A DNA stretch of 56,857 nt, counting the filler, from Sphacelaria rigidula (lineage: Eukaryota): assembly GCA_964200075.2 (NCBI GenBank). It is 5 parts of 5 records of this genome, joined end to end, with 100 filler letters (N's around TTAATTAATTAA, not from the genome) between each part and the next. Parts side by side here need not be neighbours in the genome. Positions count along the whole stretch, not along the records: positions 22,785 to 34,076 come from CAXNAA020005107.1; positions 34,177 to 45,468 come from CAXNAA020005108.1; 3 more parts are not named here. One strand, given 5' to 3'. A model generated the notes under the pieces. It was not told the DNA's origin, did no database searches, and saw nothing but the letters and a program-made list of their open reading frames with translations. A program made the position numbers and the translations under genes. Positions 24,546 to 37,600 of this stretch are shown here, piece by piece. How positions within the stretch are numbered: the first letter of the stretch is position 1; each line of letters opens with the position of its first letter.

Positions 24546-27500
24546 AAAAAAAACTTTATCCGGTACGGTACGTAGGGCACCTCATGAATAAATAGTTGCC
24601 GGGGGAGAGATGGGTTGATCCCTCGAGACCATGGACTCATCCCGAGGAAGGAGAGGGGTTCAAAGTGTGAGGAAAAACAATATATATATATATATATATC
24701 AATTTCGCGGAATCAAAAAATTTCAGCTCCCCTCAACAGCGGTAAAAAAGATTGCCCCATCATCATTATCCTATTTTTACCCCCCTCGCATTTTATTCAT
24801 CGTCATCAAACGCAGACACCATACCCGTTCCTCCGTCAGAACATACGCCCCGGCGCTTCACCCGAAAGATTTTATAATAAGAGCACAGGCGCAGAATTTT
24901 TACATTGCTTTTCGAACCACCCGCGGGCGTTCTCATCTGTTTGATTAGTCTCCATCCTCACTTGGAAAATAATCATGATAATCGGAGTAAGGTTTTCACC
25001 TGCGGCCGAATAATCGGTCAAGGCATCCAAATGTCCGGTGTCCAGAGGTCAGGTTTCAAAAAAGATACTCTGGATATGTCCAAGGACGTCTCAGAAATGT
25101 TCGACAAACCGGCGGGTGACGATTTCAACGCAGTAAAGTGAGCAGTAGTGCGGACCATATGCTTGAGCTTTGTGCATAGCGTGCCGGAGCTCCAAGATAT
25201 ACGCCGGCGCAAATCCGGAAGGTTTCGCTTAACGGCCTATATCCTTACTAAGGTTATATCAACGTAACCAACCCGTCGTCGTCTCCGAGCAGCTACAGTG
25301 TGAGCGAAGCGACATGGCCAGGCGCAGGCGAAGGCGCAGCCCATCGCTCGCGACATGAATGTATTGCGATGCAACTCAGGAAACAAAGTCCGTCACTGTT
25401 GTAGTTGCAGACGGTACCCCAATGATAGTTCAGACGACTAAACAAGTTTTTACCGGTGGCGAAAACTCGGTAGTTCCCTAGCCAGAGTCGTCTTGTGATG
25501 AAGGCTACGAGAACATCGTGTTTTGAAAGGTAGACAACACTCCCATTTCAGCAGGCTACAAATACACTGGAAGCTTGCCGCATTTCAGCTAGGCACGAGC
25601 AGGAATGATTGAGTCAGCACAACGGAGCATTCCGCGTTTATTAACGGCGCGACGGATGTCATCTCTAAATATGGGTGCTTGGATTGAGGGTGCGGATAAA
25701 AGAAGTGCAAGAAAGTTAAAGTCCCACGTTGAGCCTACGCAGCCTGAACACACGTACAAGAATTTCCAGTGCATGCAAAATAACAAAATAACCCCGACCC
25801 CAGCCCCTGTTCAGCTACACGCACACGAGTTTTTCCTTCGCGGGAATTCTTGCCGTATTTCGGAAGAATTGATGATCCGGGTCGGCGCCGACGTGGACTA
25901 CAGATAAAAAAGCTCAAAGCTGCAAAGCTGCCTTGCGGCCAAAAAGAGACCGACTGAAGCGTTCAAACGTACCGCATGTAGTGTATGAATAGCCTACTAT
26001 CATATTACATTTGTTGGGTCAGTCTTGGGTAAGCACTGCCTTCGATATCATTTTGAGAACAAAAAAATAGCAGGCGATATCTCACGAGTTGTCAAAATCT
26101 GGAAGCAAGGGATGCGCTGCCCAAACCCGGGCAGTGCACAACATTCAACGTTAGCCACTGCCCTTATTGTTCGTGCCTCTCCATGATTATTGGTGCAGGA
26201 TGGTGTGTGTTCCACTTTTTTTTCTGTTGACGTACAAACAGGTCACGAGGCACTGATACCTATTATAGCGGCATCATAAAAATATAGAGCGGAGAGTTTG
26301 GCCCCTTCGTTCTCGCCAATGAAAGTCGAAAGTACACAGTCGGATACCATATGAGTACTCTCATTTGCGTCAACTAGCCCATAACGTGGTGAAAAGTAGA
26401 AGTGTGTTGGGGTTTCATTCCCGTGACACCCATACTCGTACAAAATTGCAAAGTTGGCAGGTGTCTCAAAACTTGGAATTTTCACTAGGCTGGACCACTG
26501 CCCGTGTTGGTGAAGTTTGACTGTTGCTGGGGAGGCATGAACACGCAGCAGGACAACCCTCATTGGACGACTCCTGCTTTTCCCGCGGAAAACCTAGATG
26601 TCCAGTAGGATCGTGGGTCGGGGGATAAACACCCAACGCACTCTAAACTGAAGCCATACCTGGCGGCACGAAGTACAGCTGTGAAGGGACTAGAGGACCG
26701 CAATAAAAATTGGGCGCACCGGCTTAGCTTATGCGTTGGACCTTTTACCACTCTGACATGAAACAGACGCGTCAAACTTTTCGGTGACCGCGTTGAGCCT
26801 TTCGGTGGCCACCTTGAGTTTTTTTTCAGCCTTCTCCGCGCGTTGAGGCGCCGCCTTGACCTTGCGCGCGGCTGTCAAGGCACAGGATAAGCCTTGAGTG
26901 TTTCCCCCCTTGTACTTCGTCCAGGCCGCGCGGGAGTCAGCGTTTTTCTTGAGTTTCCAAACACCGAGCTTTTGAGAATTCCAAATTTTTCACCTCGATA
27001 AACCCTGCTGCTCCTGAAGCCGCAAGTGCCGATTTTTCAACTCTATTTTCTCGGCAACGAGGCAGAGGATTGGACTGCGGTTTGATGCGTGCGCTTCCCA
27101 TACACCGGAACTGTTCAGTGTGGCCACAAATTTCCGTACGCGTGCCCAGCACTTGAGAAACCGCTGCACCAAACAAAAATGTTCTGAAAAACGCGTTTCC
27201 TGCAACGTTCTGAGACTTTTTGGATCCCCTGTGGCGAATGGAGCAAATCTGCTTGCGCTGCTGTATAGGTGTTCTGTGTGTGCTGGGGGCTGTGAAGTTC
27301 CAGAGGCCGCCGTGCTTCCTGTCTCGAGATAATTACGATAAAAAAAATGGCATCTGTCGCATACTAAACCTGGGTAACTTGGGATGCAGCGTGTGTCATT
27401 TTCGGCAGAGGTTCGGCAGAGGTTGGCCCGACCAGTCTTCAATACGTCTTCAATATCCATCCGCATTCAATTTTTTTTGTGGGAACCGGATTTTTGGTCG

Positions 27501-27909
27501 GTAAGGCCTTCATTCACCCCCATAACTATATCCACGCGATGTTCTGTACCTACGGATCAATTCTTTTGGATGGGGGGGCAACATCGTACACCGAACACGA
27601 CTGAAGATCACAGCCCCCGCTGCGTGATTACTGGTGCCCAGCGTGGCACACAAAAAAGACAGCATGCTCGCGGTCTGGAACAAGACCATGGTGCAACGAG
27701 CTGTGAAAGCTTTGTTCCAGGTTGCACATGAAACATACCGCTGATTCCTCAACATGGAAAGTGTCAGTCCAGCTCGAACCCGTTCGCAGCAACCATCGCA
27801 CGAGAAGCTTGACATCGTTAGTACACCACGCTGTACGGAAATTGCACTGCCTGTTGTCTGCACCACACGATCAGCAACTGGCATGCAGCCGACAGCAAGT
27901 ACGCTTGAT

Positions 27910-28411
27910 CTCTGTGGTTGTCATCAACTGACCGCCAGGTGGGCCCCTGTTGATGCCCTCAAAAAGCAACGGTTTGGGTTAGCCCGACCGCAGTAGATCG
28001 CGGCTGTGTACCCGGCGGGACCACTCCCGATGATCACCACGTTTTCCGTTTCCAGATCTACCGTATTGCTACTGCTATCGCCCTCCTGCACAACCTCTCC
28101 AACCGTCGCCTTGGCTATCGTTATCGATGTTCTTGGTGTGGTTGCGGCGCGTGGTCGCAGTAACGTGCCCACGCGCTCTGAGTTAGTGTTTGCTGGGGGA
28201 GTGCTCATGACAAATGCACTACTGTAGATGCTGTTATTGTCGTAATCATGGCGGTTACCGCGCCGACTGCTAACAAAAAAGACAAGAGGGGATAACACCA
28301 GGGCTGTGGTTCTTGACAAGTATGATGCAGCTTCTTCGTCCTCGTCGAGTTGCCGTCATGGTTCACTGGGTGACGGTGCTCTGGACATATCACGGTCGCC
28401 GACCAGAACAT
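27910..28411 (-). pseudogene. Frameshifted first exon of a plastid-targeted NADPH-thioredoxin reductase (NTRC-type)
   Basis: ENVVIIGSGPAGYTAAIYCGRAN (FAD-binding GxGxxG) continues after a 1-nt deletion near 27977 as KPLLFEGINRGPPGGQLMTTTE (27975-27910). An upstream hydrophobic signal LLSFLLAVGAVTAMITITTAST joins SAFVM only through another 1-nt shift near 28221. The expected donor reads GAG|ATCAAG rather than GT. Confidence 0.8.
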
Positions 28412-31400
28412 GCGTTCAGGCTGCTGAAAGAAGATGGGTCATAATCTAAACATATCAAATTTGCCATTTAATAGTTCAAAGTATCACCGAAGATTAGTCC
28501 TTATGTCGTTTATTAGTAAGTGTAGTCGAGCTGACAAAATTGTTTCGTAGAGACGCTATTCAACCAAGGAGAGAGATCATGTCAAACGTTTTTTCAGCTT
28601 CGATTTAGCACTCCATGTTATTAGCGAATTTCGAAGGGAGGTATTTCGCATCATTATAATAATGGTTTCTGAACCTCATTATCTTCCCGGTACAGTACTT
28701 TAGACTTGAAGTGGCTATATTGCTGCGGGCATGAAAAATAGACATCATTTAGAGGAAAATATATAAACAAAAAACAAAGAGAAGTAATTTGCCATTTCCA
28801 GTTAGTAGGCGGCGGGCCCATGGGTACGGGCTAAATTATATAACGCCTACACTAATTTCAAGTAATTTAATTTTAATTATTACCAGTCCCTCTACATCAT
28901 GTACCGCATTATATAACGCAAACTTGATTTTAGTATAGACTCCGTCACACTCGTGATAACGGGCCTTCTGGTCCCCGCAGCCACTGCAGCCACAGCAGCC
29001 ACAGTACAGGACTGTACTGTGCTGCGGAAAGATGGTATCTAGGACACCAACGGCCCCACAAGGAGTGCTTTGTCTTTCTGTATACGGGTTGGTGTCCCCC
29101 ACGTTTGCTATGAGCCTTGTCGTGCCTGCGGTATCATTGCGGTGGCGGGGGTCGGCGTTGCAGTCTCCATTTTTTGCGCTGAGCTAGCTTTCGCCTCCTG
29201 TACCCTGCACGGCTTTGGATACGGGGCAGGCGGTGCTATCGTTGTCGTTGTGCGTTGTTTCATGCTCTCTGATGGCATAACCCCAGAAAAGGACTGTATC
29301 GGCATTAATGCTGCTACTGCAGCTCTCTACTGTACTGTTGGCCGTCGTGCTTTTGTTCCGGATGGCTCGTGTTGAGCTGTGCCGTGCAGACAGTACTCAC
29401 GCGATGCCGACCGCCTGGCCAGGGTTGACGCATCTTGCGGTGAAGATACGGTTGGTACCGCGACAGAAATTGTTTGGAGATGGAGTGGCGAAGACAACCA
29501 AATACTCTTACACACGGGACATCAGACAGCAAACGCAAACATGCATTCCTCTTGCATGTGTGATCCCGTGTGCCAGAGCACCGCCCTCTTTCCAAGGTAT
29601 ACCGTATGAGCTCGTTTCATGATGACATGGTGCCTGTGAAGATATCATCGATGTACTGAACTGTTCTGGGCTGTAGCCAGCTAGTGGTGGGAAATGAAGC
29701 CCAGACTGGGCCTGGACAGAAAAAACCCCCAAACAATTCAATCTTATTGCCCTCTCTGCGGCACATGGGGCTTGAGTAGCGCACGTGTGTCCATCAAGAC
29801 AGAAATCCAGGGTTAAATCCGTTCGAGAATCATGGAAAACAACAAACAAATCGATGATTTTAGTTTAATTATTATATAACGACCCGTACCCATGAACTCG
29901 GTGCCAGCACGTGGTACCAGGGAGAAGGAGCCGAAGGTGAGGTCCGTGACGAGAGAATCATACAAGTTACAGTACAAGTTACCGTGGAGAATCCTTAGGA
30001 GTACCTGTGCGTACGCAAGGTATGGTAATTTTTTTTACAAACACACTGAGGGTATCTTGCTTTGTCCCAGGAACGGCGATTGCACCACTCTGCACCTCTC
30101 TACGGTAAGTAGCCACCTACACGAGCTCGGCGGGTATATGTTGAACTACGCGCTCTGATGTAGTGTCGCACATCAAGCAGCAAACATTCGGCATTGCTGT
30201 TGAACACGTAAAGCATCATTGTCGACATCGCGTGCAGTTGTGTTTTATGGTATTGGCCAAGTCAAAGTGTTGCGTCGTCGGTCTCTGCAACATCCCTGGT
30301 TGCTTTTGAACACAGCTCAGGATGCGGTGCTCGTCGACTGCCCTTGGCTGCCCCTTACCGATGCGACCATCTCTTGCAATTATGCGGGTGCAGTAAAGTT
30401 GGCGTCTCGTGTTCTACCGTGCCTCCTTTCCTCTCCAGTCGATCCTATGGTCAAACTGGATCATTTTAACCGGACGCAGCAGTTGCAGATCGCAGAGGGT
30501 GAGCTGAACGTGCGGCAAGCTGAACGCCCCAGCACTGTACCATATGGCCACACTATTCAATAAGGCACCGTCAATGCTCACGTTTCGCACCATGGTGACG
30601 ACCCACTTTTCGTAGATGTCGAGCTCCCTCGTGGCTGAAGTTGTTGGCTTTGCCGTCCGTAATGGTAGGGTCTTCCGTGTTCGTGAGAAGAGTACATACA
30701 CGAAGTCACCATGCTCGGACGCATCCCGAAATCGAACCGTGACGTTTGAACGACAATTAGAGAAAGCTTGCCTCCGTGCGAGACGGATTCCGACGATGGA
30801 CCCTACCCAGACCAAATATTTGAAAAATAAAACTGCTCCGGTTTAACTCTATGCTGCGTGTGTCAGAAATCGCGGACGCGGAGTACATGTTACGTCTTCA
30901 TCGGCAGCGATAGTGGTCACAAACAAGGATGAGGTGCTGAGCGTCGGGGTTACTTACCATCGTGTGAACGTCACACGGTGATGTTCCGAAATGAAGCCGC
31001 GTGCCCAAGGGATGAACACCCGCCCTGTTACGAGCTTCTCACGCCTCGATTTCTTGAGGTATCGAATCCTGCCATTATCACCAAATATTTAGTTTAAGAT
31101 TATGTTGAAAGTACTCGACCACCTGAATAATTTTGTTTTTTTTGCTGCAGGATCAGTTTTGAACAACAATCAATGCACAAATTAGTGCGTTCACCTATTT
31201 ACATGGTGGACTCGACTGGACTGCTTCGCGACCACGGGGACAAAAATATCTCGCCAAGTTCTCAGGTCATTCCAGGGGCACACTTTTTTTTCGGTGGCAC
31301 CCGTGCTGCCGTGGGTTTCAAATTTATCGGAATTGAAACGTCCCCAGTATTCATCCCTGGGTGGACAGGGAGTTGTTCTCCGTCACATCACGGGGCAGAT

Positions 31401-31976
31401 CCGATCCGCCCTTGGACTGGAGTCCATAAATAGCACAGCAACACATGACTCGGTCCCGTCGACGAATCTCAACTCGAAGGCCGCCCAATACGGGTTCACT
31501 CCTAGAGTTGGTTTTGCCAATAATTCCGGTGTTGCTATTGTGGTGCCTCAAATAGAACCATACTGCTGTACGCGGCTCAGGTACCGTTCGGCTCTCTCGT
31601 TGTAAAGCTTGTTAAGCTAGATGTATTCAGATGGATCGTTTGGCGGGGCTGTTCAGTCGCGTGCGGGAGGTTTCCAAGTAAGGATGGGGCCACAGGTGTA
31701 GACTTGCGAAAAACGATTGAAGTGTGAAGAGACAACAAATCTCTGCTCTTGCGGTAGTTCCGTTTAGGTCTGATGCTATCATAGGCCACAGCAAAGTATG
31801 GTCTATTTCGAACAATTGACTACTTTCACTGCTAGTGTGAGGGAGTAGGAACGAATCACTGCTGATTACAGCGCTATGATGAAACCTCGTGGCGTCATGC
31901 CCCATTCCCTGACGAGCGGTCTGCCTTTTGCGTCTTTTATCGGGTTATGTAGCAGAAGCCAACAAATTGCAAAACC

Positions 31977-33290
31977 ATGGCGGTAGAAGACGGAGACATG
32001 GACCGTTGGGGTGGTAATGGAGAGCTGGTAGATGAGCCACCTCCCTCCTCATCGTCGCCCCCTCGCAAGTCGAGGAAAGGAGAGCGGAAAAGCAGCAAGC
32101 GAGAAAAGGATGGAGGGGACAAAGACGATAACCACAAAGATGAGAAGAGCAGATTCTCTAAGCACTCCAAAGACAAGGATAAAGCACGACACCATACCTC
32201 CTCGTCATCGTCGCGAAAGCGGGACAGGAGCGAGGATCGTTCTGGTGGAGACCGGTCGAGAGACCGAGAACGTTCCAAGGATCGCACCAGCAACAATTCT
32301 AAGGATCAAGCTTCGACCAAAGATCGATTTAAGAATCGGTCTCGAGACCGGAATGATGACGGTGATGGCGAGGATGGCAGCGGGCACAAGCGACGCCGTC
32401 GTGACGAGAAGCCATCGTCCTCCTCCCGCGACAAGGGTCATCACAAGGAGAGCAAGAAGGACAGGGGAAGCAAAAGGGATGGCGACAGGGACAAATACAA
32501 GCGCCGGAAGGAAAGCAAGCACCACAAGGACAAGGATAAGGATAGGGACAGGCGCAGCGGCAGGAGCGACGGGAAGGAAACAGGGAGCAGCAGTAGCCGG
32601 CGCGGCGGCGGAGGCAGTGGCGACGATGACCAAGCCGAAACTACTGATGAGGGAGGCACCAACGGAACCGGCAACGGGAGTGCTGGAGGTACCGCGGTCG
32701 CCCACTCCGCTGAGGCTACCGCCGCTGCCGATCTAGAATTAGCGGACGGGGAGGAAGAGGGTGAGCTCATGTTCGAGCCCAAAAAAGTCGAGCCGACAGG
32801 CATCGATGACAAGGACGACGGCGACGGCGACAATAAAGAAAGAAAAGAAGAAAATAGTGCATCGTCATCCTCCAGTTCTAAAAAACCTGAGTCGCACGAC
32901 GACGTTGATCACCACAAAAAATCTAAGGAACCAGAAGCTATCTCGGAATCGTCGGCCCCAGCGGCCGGTGGCGATAAGGAAACGGCGCAACAGCAACGAC
33001 CTCCTTCTCCACCTCCCCCGGAAGATCCAGCGCAGGCCGAGGAAGCCGCCCGCATCGCCCGAATCGCCGCACGCGCTGAGGAGCGAGCGGCCGAGCGCGC
33101 CCGGGCGCGAGTTGGCGGCGGCGGTGTCTCATCAAGCCGCAACGATAGCGCAAGGAGGGTATCGCCCACGCCCTCAATGGGAGGGGGGCAGCGCGGTGGT
33201 GTTGCTGACGGTGGGGCTGGGGCAGGGGCGAAGGTGGCGCCGGGCACGAGTGTGGTGGTGGCATTCAAGACGAAGAAGCAACGCGAGCAG
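31977..33290 (+). CDS. Large first exon (438 codons) of an R/D/K/S-rich nuclear protein, possibly the spliceosomal DEAD-box helicase Prp28/DDX23 N-terminus
   Basis: Long ORF with good start context (AAAACCATGG) and RS/RD/KD low-complexity composition. It ends in VAFKTKKQREQ, similar to the Prp28 motif PxFL(S/T)KxxRExxAL, followed by CAG|GCAAGT (GC donor, phase 0). Coding status is well supported; family identity is tentative because no helicase exon is in this piece. Confidence 0.7.
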
Positions 33291-34076
33291 GCAAGTTGGC
33301 CGAAAGGGGGAGGAAGGTATCGTGTCGGGTGGAGGGTTGCTTGGGGGGGGGGGAGGGGTGGAGGGAAGGAGAGGAGATCTTACTCTTCACCTCTTGCTAC
33401 TCTTGCTTCTCCTGGAGGGGGGAGGGGAGCCTATGACCAAAAAATGACTTGCGGGTGACTTACGATGAAACGAAAAACAGGATCTAGTCGAATAGTGGAG
33501 AGGAGCGGCATGTATCGGCGTGCTGTGAGGTTGTGTTGTTGTGATTGCGCCATCGTCGATATCTTTGCTTTCACAGCATGCTGTTTGTATTATCAACGCT
33601 GTCTGTTGACGTGAAAATGCGAGCTCTTGGGGCGGCTTTGCGTGGTTGTGATACTGCTGTTGTGCGTCCTGCAGGTGTGCCGTTGTGTCGATTGCTTTGT
33701 TTTTTTCAAGCCATCGGCCGCGTGTGGTACTCTACACACGGGCGGACAGTATTCGCCCGCTCCCCAATTCGATGTATCTTGCCTCGCTGCGGCGCCCGCG
33801 TACTCCTGCTCAAGTGTATATCTATCTATCTATATATATATACAAGGGGTTCGGCGGTTTCCGCCGCCACGCTCAGTGAGATCGATAGCCAAGGTACACG
33901 AGGACCGATCATCGTTGCTAGCATTGGATAACGGCACAGATCATAGTTTTAAGTGCCGTATTTTCCGCTGTGTGCGTATGGTGACACGAGTCCCGGGGGC
34001 AGGATATGAAGAGGTTTATTGATGCTTGATAATTTTACCTACAGGAACGGGTAAATGACAACCTTCACCGTCGAAG

Positions 34077-34176
34077 NNNNNNNNNNNNNNNNNNNNNNNN
34101 NNNNNNNNNNNNNNNNNNNNTTAATTAATTAANNNNNNNNNNNNNNNNNNNNNNNNNNNNNNNNNNNNNNNNNNNN
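34077..34176. other. Artificial contig-joining spacer
   Basis: 44 N + TTAATTAATTAA + 44 N. Confidence 0.99.
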
Positions 34177-34475
34177 CGTCATTCCTGGGTGTTGACGGAA
34201 TGAGAGGGATTCCTCCTATTTTCATGATGCAGTGCTCGCAAAGTGCTCCCCCCCCCCCCCCCCCCCCCCGCCCCACCGGATTCTTTCTATCGGATATCAT
34301 CGCATCTCAGCCTCAGTCTCAAGCGATCGTTGCTTTACTTTATGCTCGGTGTGCTTGTATTTCAATGTGCTTGTATCCCGCACGCTTCATTTCAGAAATA
34401 TTTCGGAAATCTTTTCGTCTGCTGTTCTCCTTTGGTGAACCTTTTTTTGCCCTGTGCGCTGGTGCTTGCCTTCAG

Positions 34476-34610
34476 TCGAACGAGTCAAAGGCGGAGGGCA
34501 TTTCAGGTCTTATACAGGCGTTACCCGAGTATCTTCAAGCGGCCGCTGCGGCTGCCGCTGCGAACGGCAGCCGAGGGGGGGCGAAGAAAGACGCCTCCTT
34601 CACCATGCCG
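34476..34610 (+). CDS. HEATR5: HEATR5-like exon 1 of 12 visible
   Basis: cttcag|SNESKAEGISGLIQALPEYLQAAAAAAAANGSRGGAKKDASFTMP|gtgaga; phase 0/0. Confidence 0.75.
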
Positions 34611-37600
34611 GTGAGACGGGTTCCACTTTTCCTTGTTTTGGAGGATGATTCGGGAATTCGTTGCTTCCTGCCACGGTGTTTCTGGCTGCGAGTCATTTCT
34701 CTTTGTTGTTTTGGCTGTACTCTGGGCGTTTTCAGCAAGACTTTTCCCGTGCACCATGTGGGGATATGTTTGTGTCAATCGATGCGCATCAATTTCAGAG
34801 GAAATCTCAAGTCCGATTGTGTCGGGTGGTAAAATATGAAACTGAACACAATTCCGAGAAACATTCCGACAAACACGAATGTCAGTTATGTGGGTGAATG
34901 AGGGGCATAACGACCAAAAACATCTACGCAGGAAAATCAAGGGGAAAATGCGGAGGAATCATGAACACGTCATCAGCTGTTTCGGGCTGTTCCGAGTAAG
35001 ACACAAGCTTCGTCCCTACGTGACTTGGTTCTAGTATACGACAACTGTAGCACCATCATCTCGTTTTTCTCGGCAAAGGAAGCAAGCCGGCCTATGACAC
35101 TTTACAGCCCCCCCGTACACACTCAAAAACTAGGGAAAGACGAAATAAAATTGCTCAGATCACCACAGCAGACCCCCAAAGCTCCCCAAAACCGCAAAAA
35201 AAAACATTGTTGAGTACGTGTTGCCTCTGGTGCAGCGTTTGTGGGGCGCGTCAAAGATAGGTATTTTATGCTCCCCTACTTTGGGTGTATGGCAAGCGTG
35301 TGCGAGAAACCTCAGTTCAATCTTCTGCTTTGTTGCGGAGAAATACGCAGTGAAGGATTGGCATAACAACATAGTGCAATAAGGGGGGCGTAACACGATA
35401 ACAATCATGGAGCCGCGTTCCGGCTCTTGTAGCAGGCGAGTGATTCCTGAATAGGGAGTCGATGCCACGAGCTGCAAGGGAAAGAGATGGGTTCTTCGCG
35501 CGTGTCGACTTTTACTGTAGTCGATGTCTGCCAGAAGAATGCACCCATCAAACCACTCCGTCAGCGCTAACTGAGCGGTCCCGGGAGTAATTCACCTCAA
35601 TTCTCGGCGGCTTGTTATGTTTCCTTCTGCGAATTGAAAGGGTGCGCTTGGTTCGGGCCAAGGGTTACCCCGGTGGTGATGGTGTAGGTCGGAGTTGTGA
35701 TTGGAGAACGTTCGAGCTCAGTCCCCCACCCTCTTTTGTTTGTTGAAAGAAACTTGTCACTAAACCACCTAGTGAGCGCTCACCGACTCATGCTCGCACG
35801 TGCGAGTCACTGTGATGAGATTTATTTGCCGATAGCACCAATTGCGTCCGGTGCAAACTAAAAGAACGTACAATGCGGAGGCAGCAAGCAACTCAGCAGA
35901 CCCAGCGCGACGCAGACGTGGCTGTCGCCCACACGGCGCCCGACCCCCCGCCAGGTGCCTATAGCACGAGTATCTTGTGTCAGCAAGCACGTATGAAATC
36001 GTTCGGCGGTCGTTGCCTTTTTTATTTCACCCTTTTACTTACAGTTTGCAGTACTCAGGCTGCTGCGGAGAGGGTCACGATCGTTACACCTCGTCAGTAT
36101 CCTGTAGGTACACAGATTGATGGCGTGATTGATGGCTTGATTATCGCACATGAAGTGGTGGTCTAAGGCTTGATTATCTTTTAACCGTGCTCACAACACC
36201 AATCTCCCCAAGATGAACACAACGGACACGCTTGCTAGAGGAAACGCGACCGAGTTAAAAGACGAGGAGGATAAAAAGGGAGATAGAGCAGACGGAGTAA
36301 ACCAAGCAAAGAAAAAAGACAAACAATGCGAGAGAGAAAAAGAGGAAGAGAAAATGAATGAAAGGGTCCCGCCAGATGTACAGAATATAGAATCTGCGGA
36401 TGGCCTTCAGATTCCACAAACCCCTTGTGCGCCTGTACATGTTCAGGACTTGGAATGACCAGTTGTGTCTTTTGTAACGGGGGTGTATAGTTGACTGCCC
36501 ACTACGGCACAGTGCCGCAAAGTGCAGTGGGGAGAAATGATGCCGTTTGTGACCTTGTACGACACAGAGCACGCGAAAACGCAAAGGCGAGCACAGCATG
36601 GTGGCGAGTGTGGAGCTGTCAATGTGCGCCATTGTTGATCCGTCAGTTCTGCCTGTTTTGTCAAATAAAACGCCGGCCTGACAGGTGCGCAAGCTACGCC
36701 CCGCTTGTGATATTGCAGCTGTACAAACAATACGTGTCCACTCCTCCCGTGCGTACTGTACAAACCATGCTGTACAAACAGTGCCCTCTCTTTTTCAATG
36801 AGATCTCATCAACGAAGTGGACCTCGATTATTTCTCTTTCATCGGCGGCCGCTTCGGGTTCACTTGCGATCAAGTCAGGCGCTTATGCCCTTGGATGCAA
36901 AGACTGCTCGCGGACCCCTAGCCTTGTCTCTCGCAACTGTTCCCGCGGCGAGTGACCCCCTCGACGTCTGCCCAGACCACGTGGTCGCGGTAAAGGAGTA
37001 GCCACAGTAATCTGCTCTCCCCCCCTCTCCCTATTGCCCAGTTTGGCCGCCGTGGAGCACACACCCTGTTTTTCGCTCATTTTTTCTTGAAGTGTCCGTT
37101 TTTGTCCGTTTGTGTCTCCGGCGTGCACCGGGCCTCCTCCGCCCCGCTTGGTTCTAGTCGGACGCCCGTCCGCTAACCGACGCCTCCTCTGCGTCTCGCG
37201 GTTCAAAGGATACCTACCTGTAAAGAGAAAAATGCTGCGCTGCTATGTGTTGCTGATGCTCGTATGAGCGGCTGTATCACTATCTTCTCATCCGATTCAT
37301 TTATATTTTCTGTAGGAGGCCTCGATTTTCGCCCTTTCCCAGGTATTCATATGTCGCCCGTGTCCCGTCCCTACACATGAATCGGGCGTAGAAAGACATT
37401 TTTTGTTATAAATCCTCAGACGTGATCAAACGAATATAGTGCAAGTGCCGAAATGTAGTGCAAATGCCGGAAAACGTAAAATATTCGAAGGGAGCATTGG
37501 ATACTGAAACTGGGAACACGGGAACGCGCTCAACAGGTGTTGCTTTCGGAAGAAGATCGCAAGAAGCGAGAGCGGCGGCATCGTATCGCCCTTCTCAACG

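Noticed and set aside
32032..33447. Overlapping alternative-frame and antisense ORFs within the large exon
   Set aside because: Expected shadows of a GC-rich low-complexity coding sequence.
33291..34476. Joining the 31977 exon to the HEATR5 exons as one gene
   Set aside because: They are separated by an artificial spacer, and the HEATR5 exons are from the middle of that protein.
36213..36458. Lys/Glu-rich ORF inside the first visible HEATR5 intron
   Set aside because: Purine-rich low-complexity intron sequence; the flanking exons join in frame without it.
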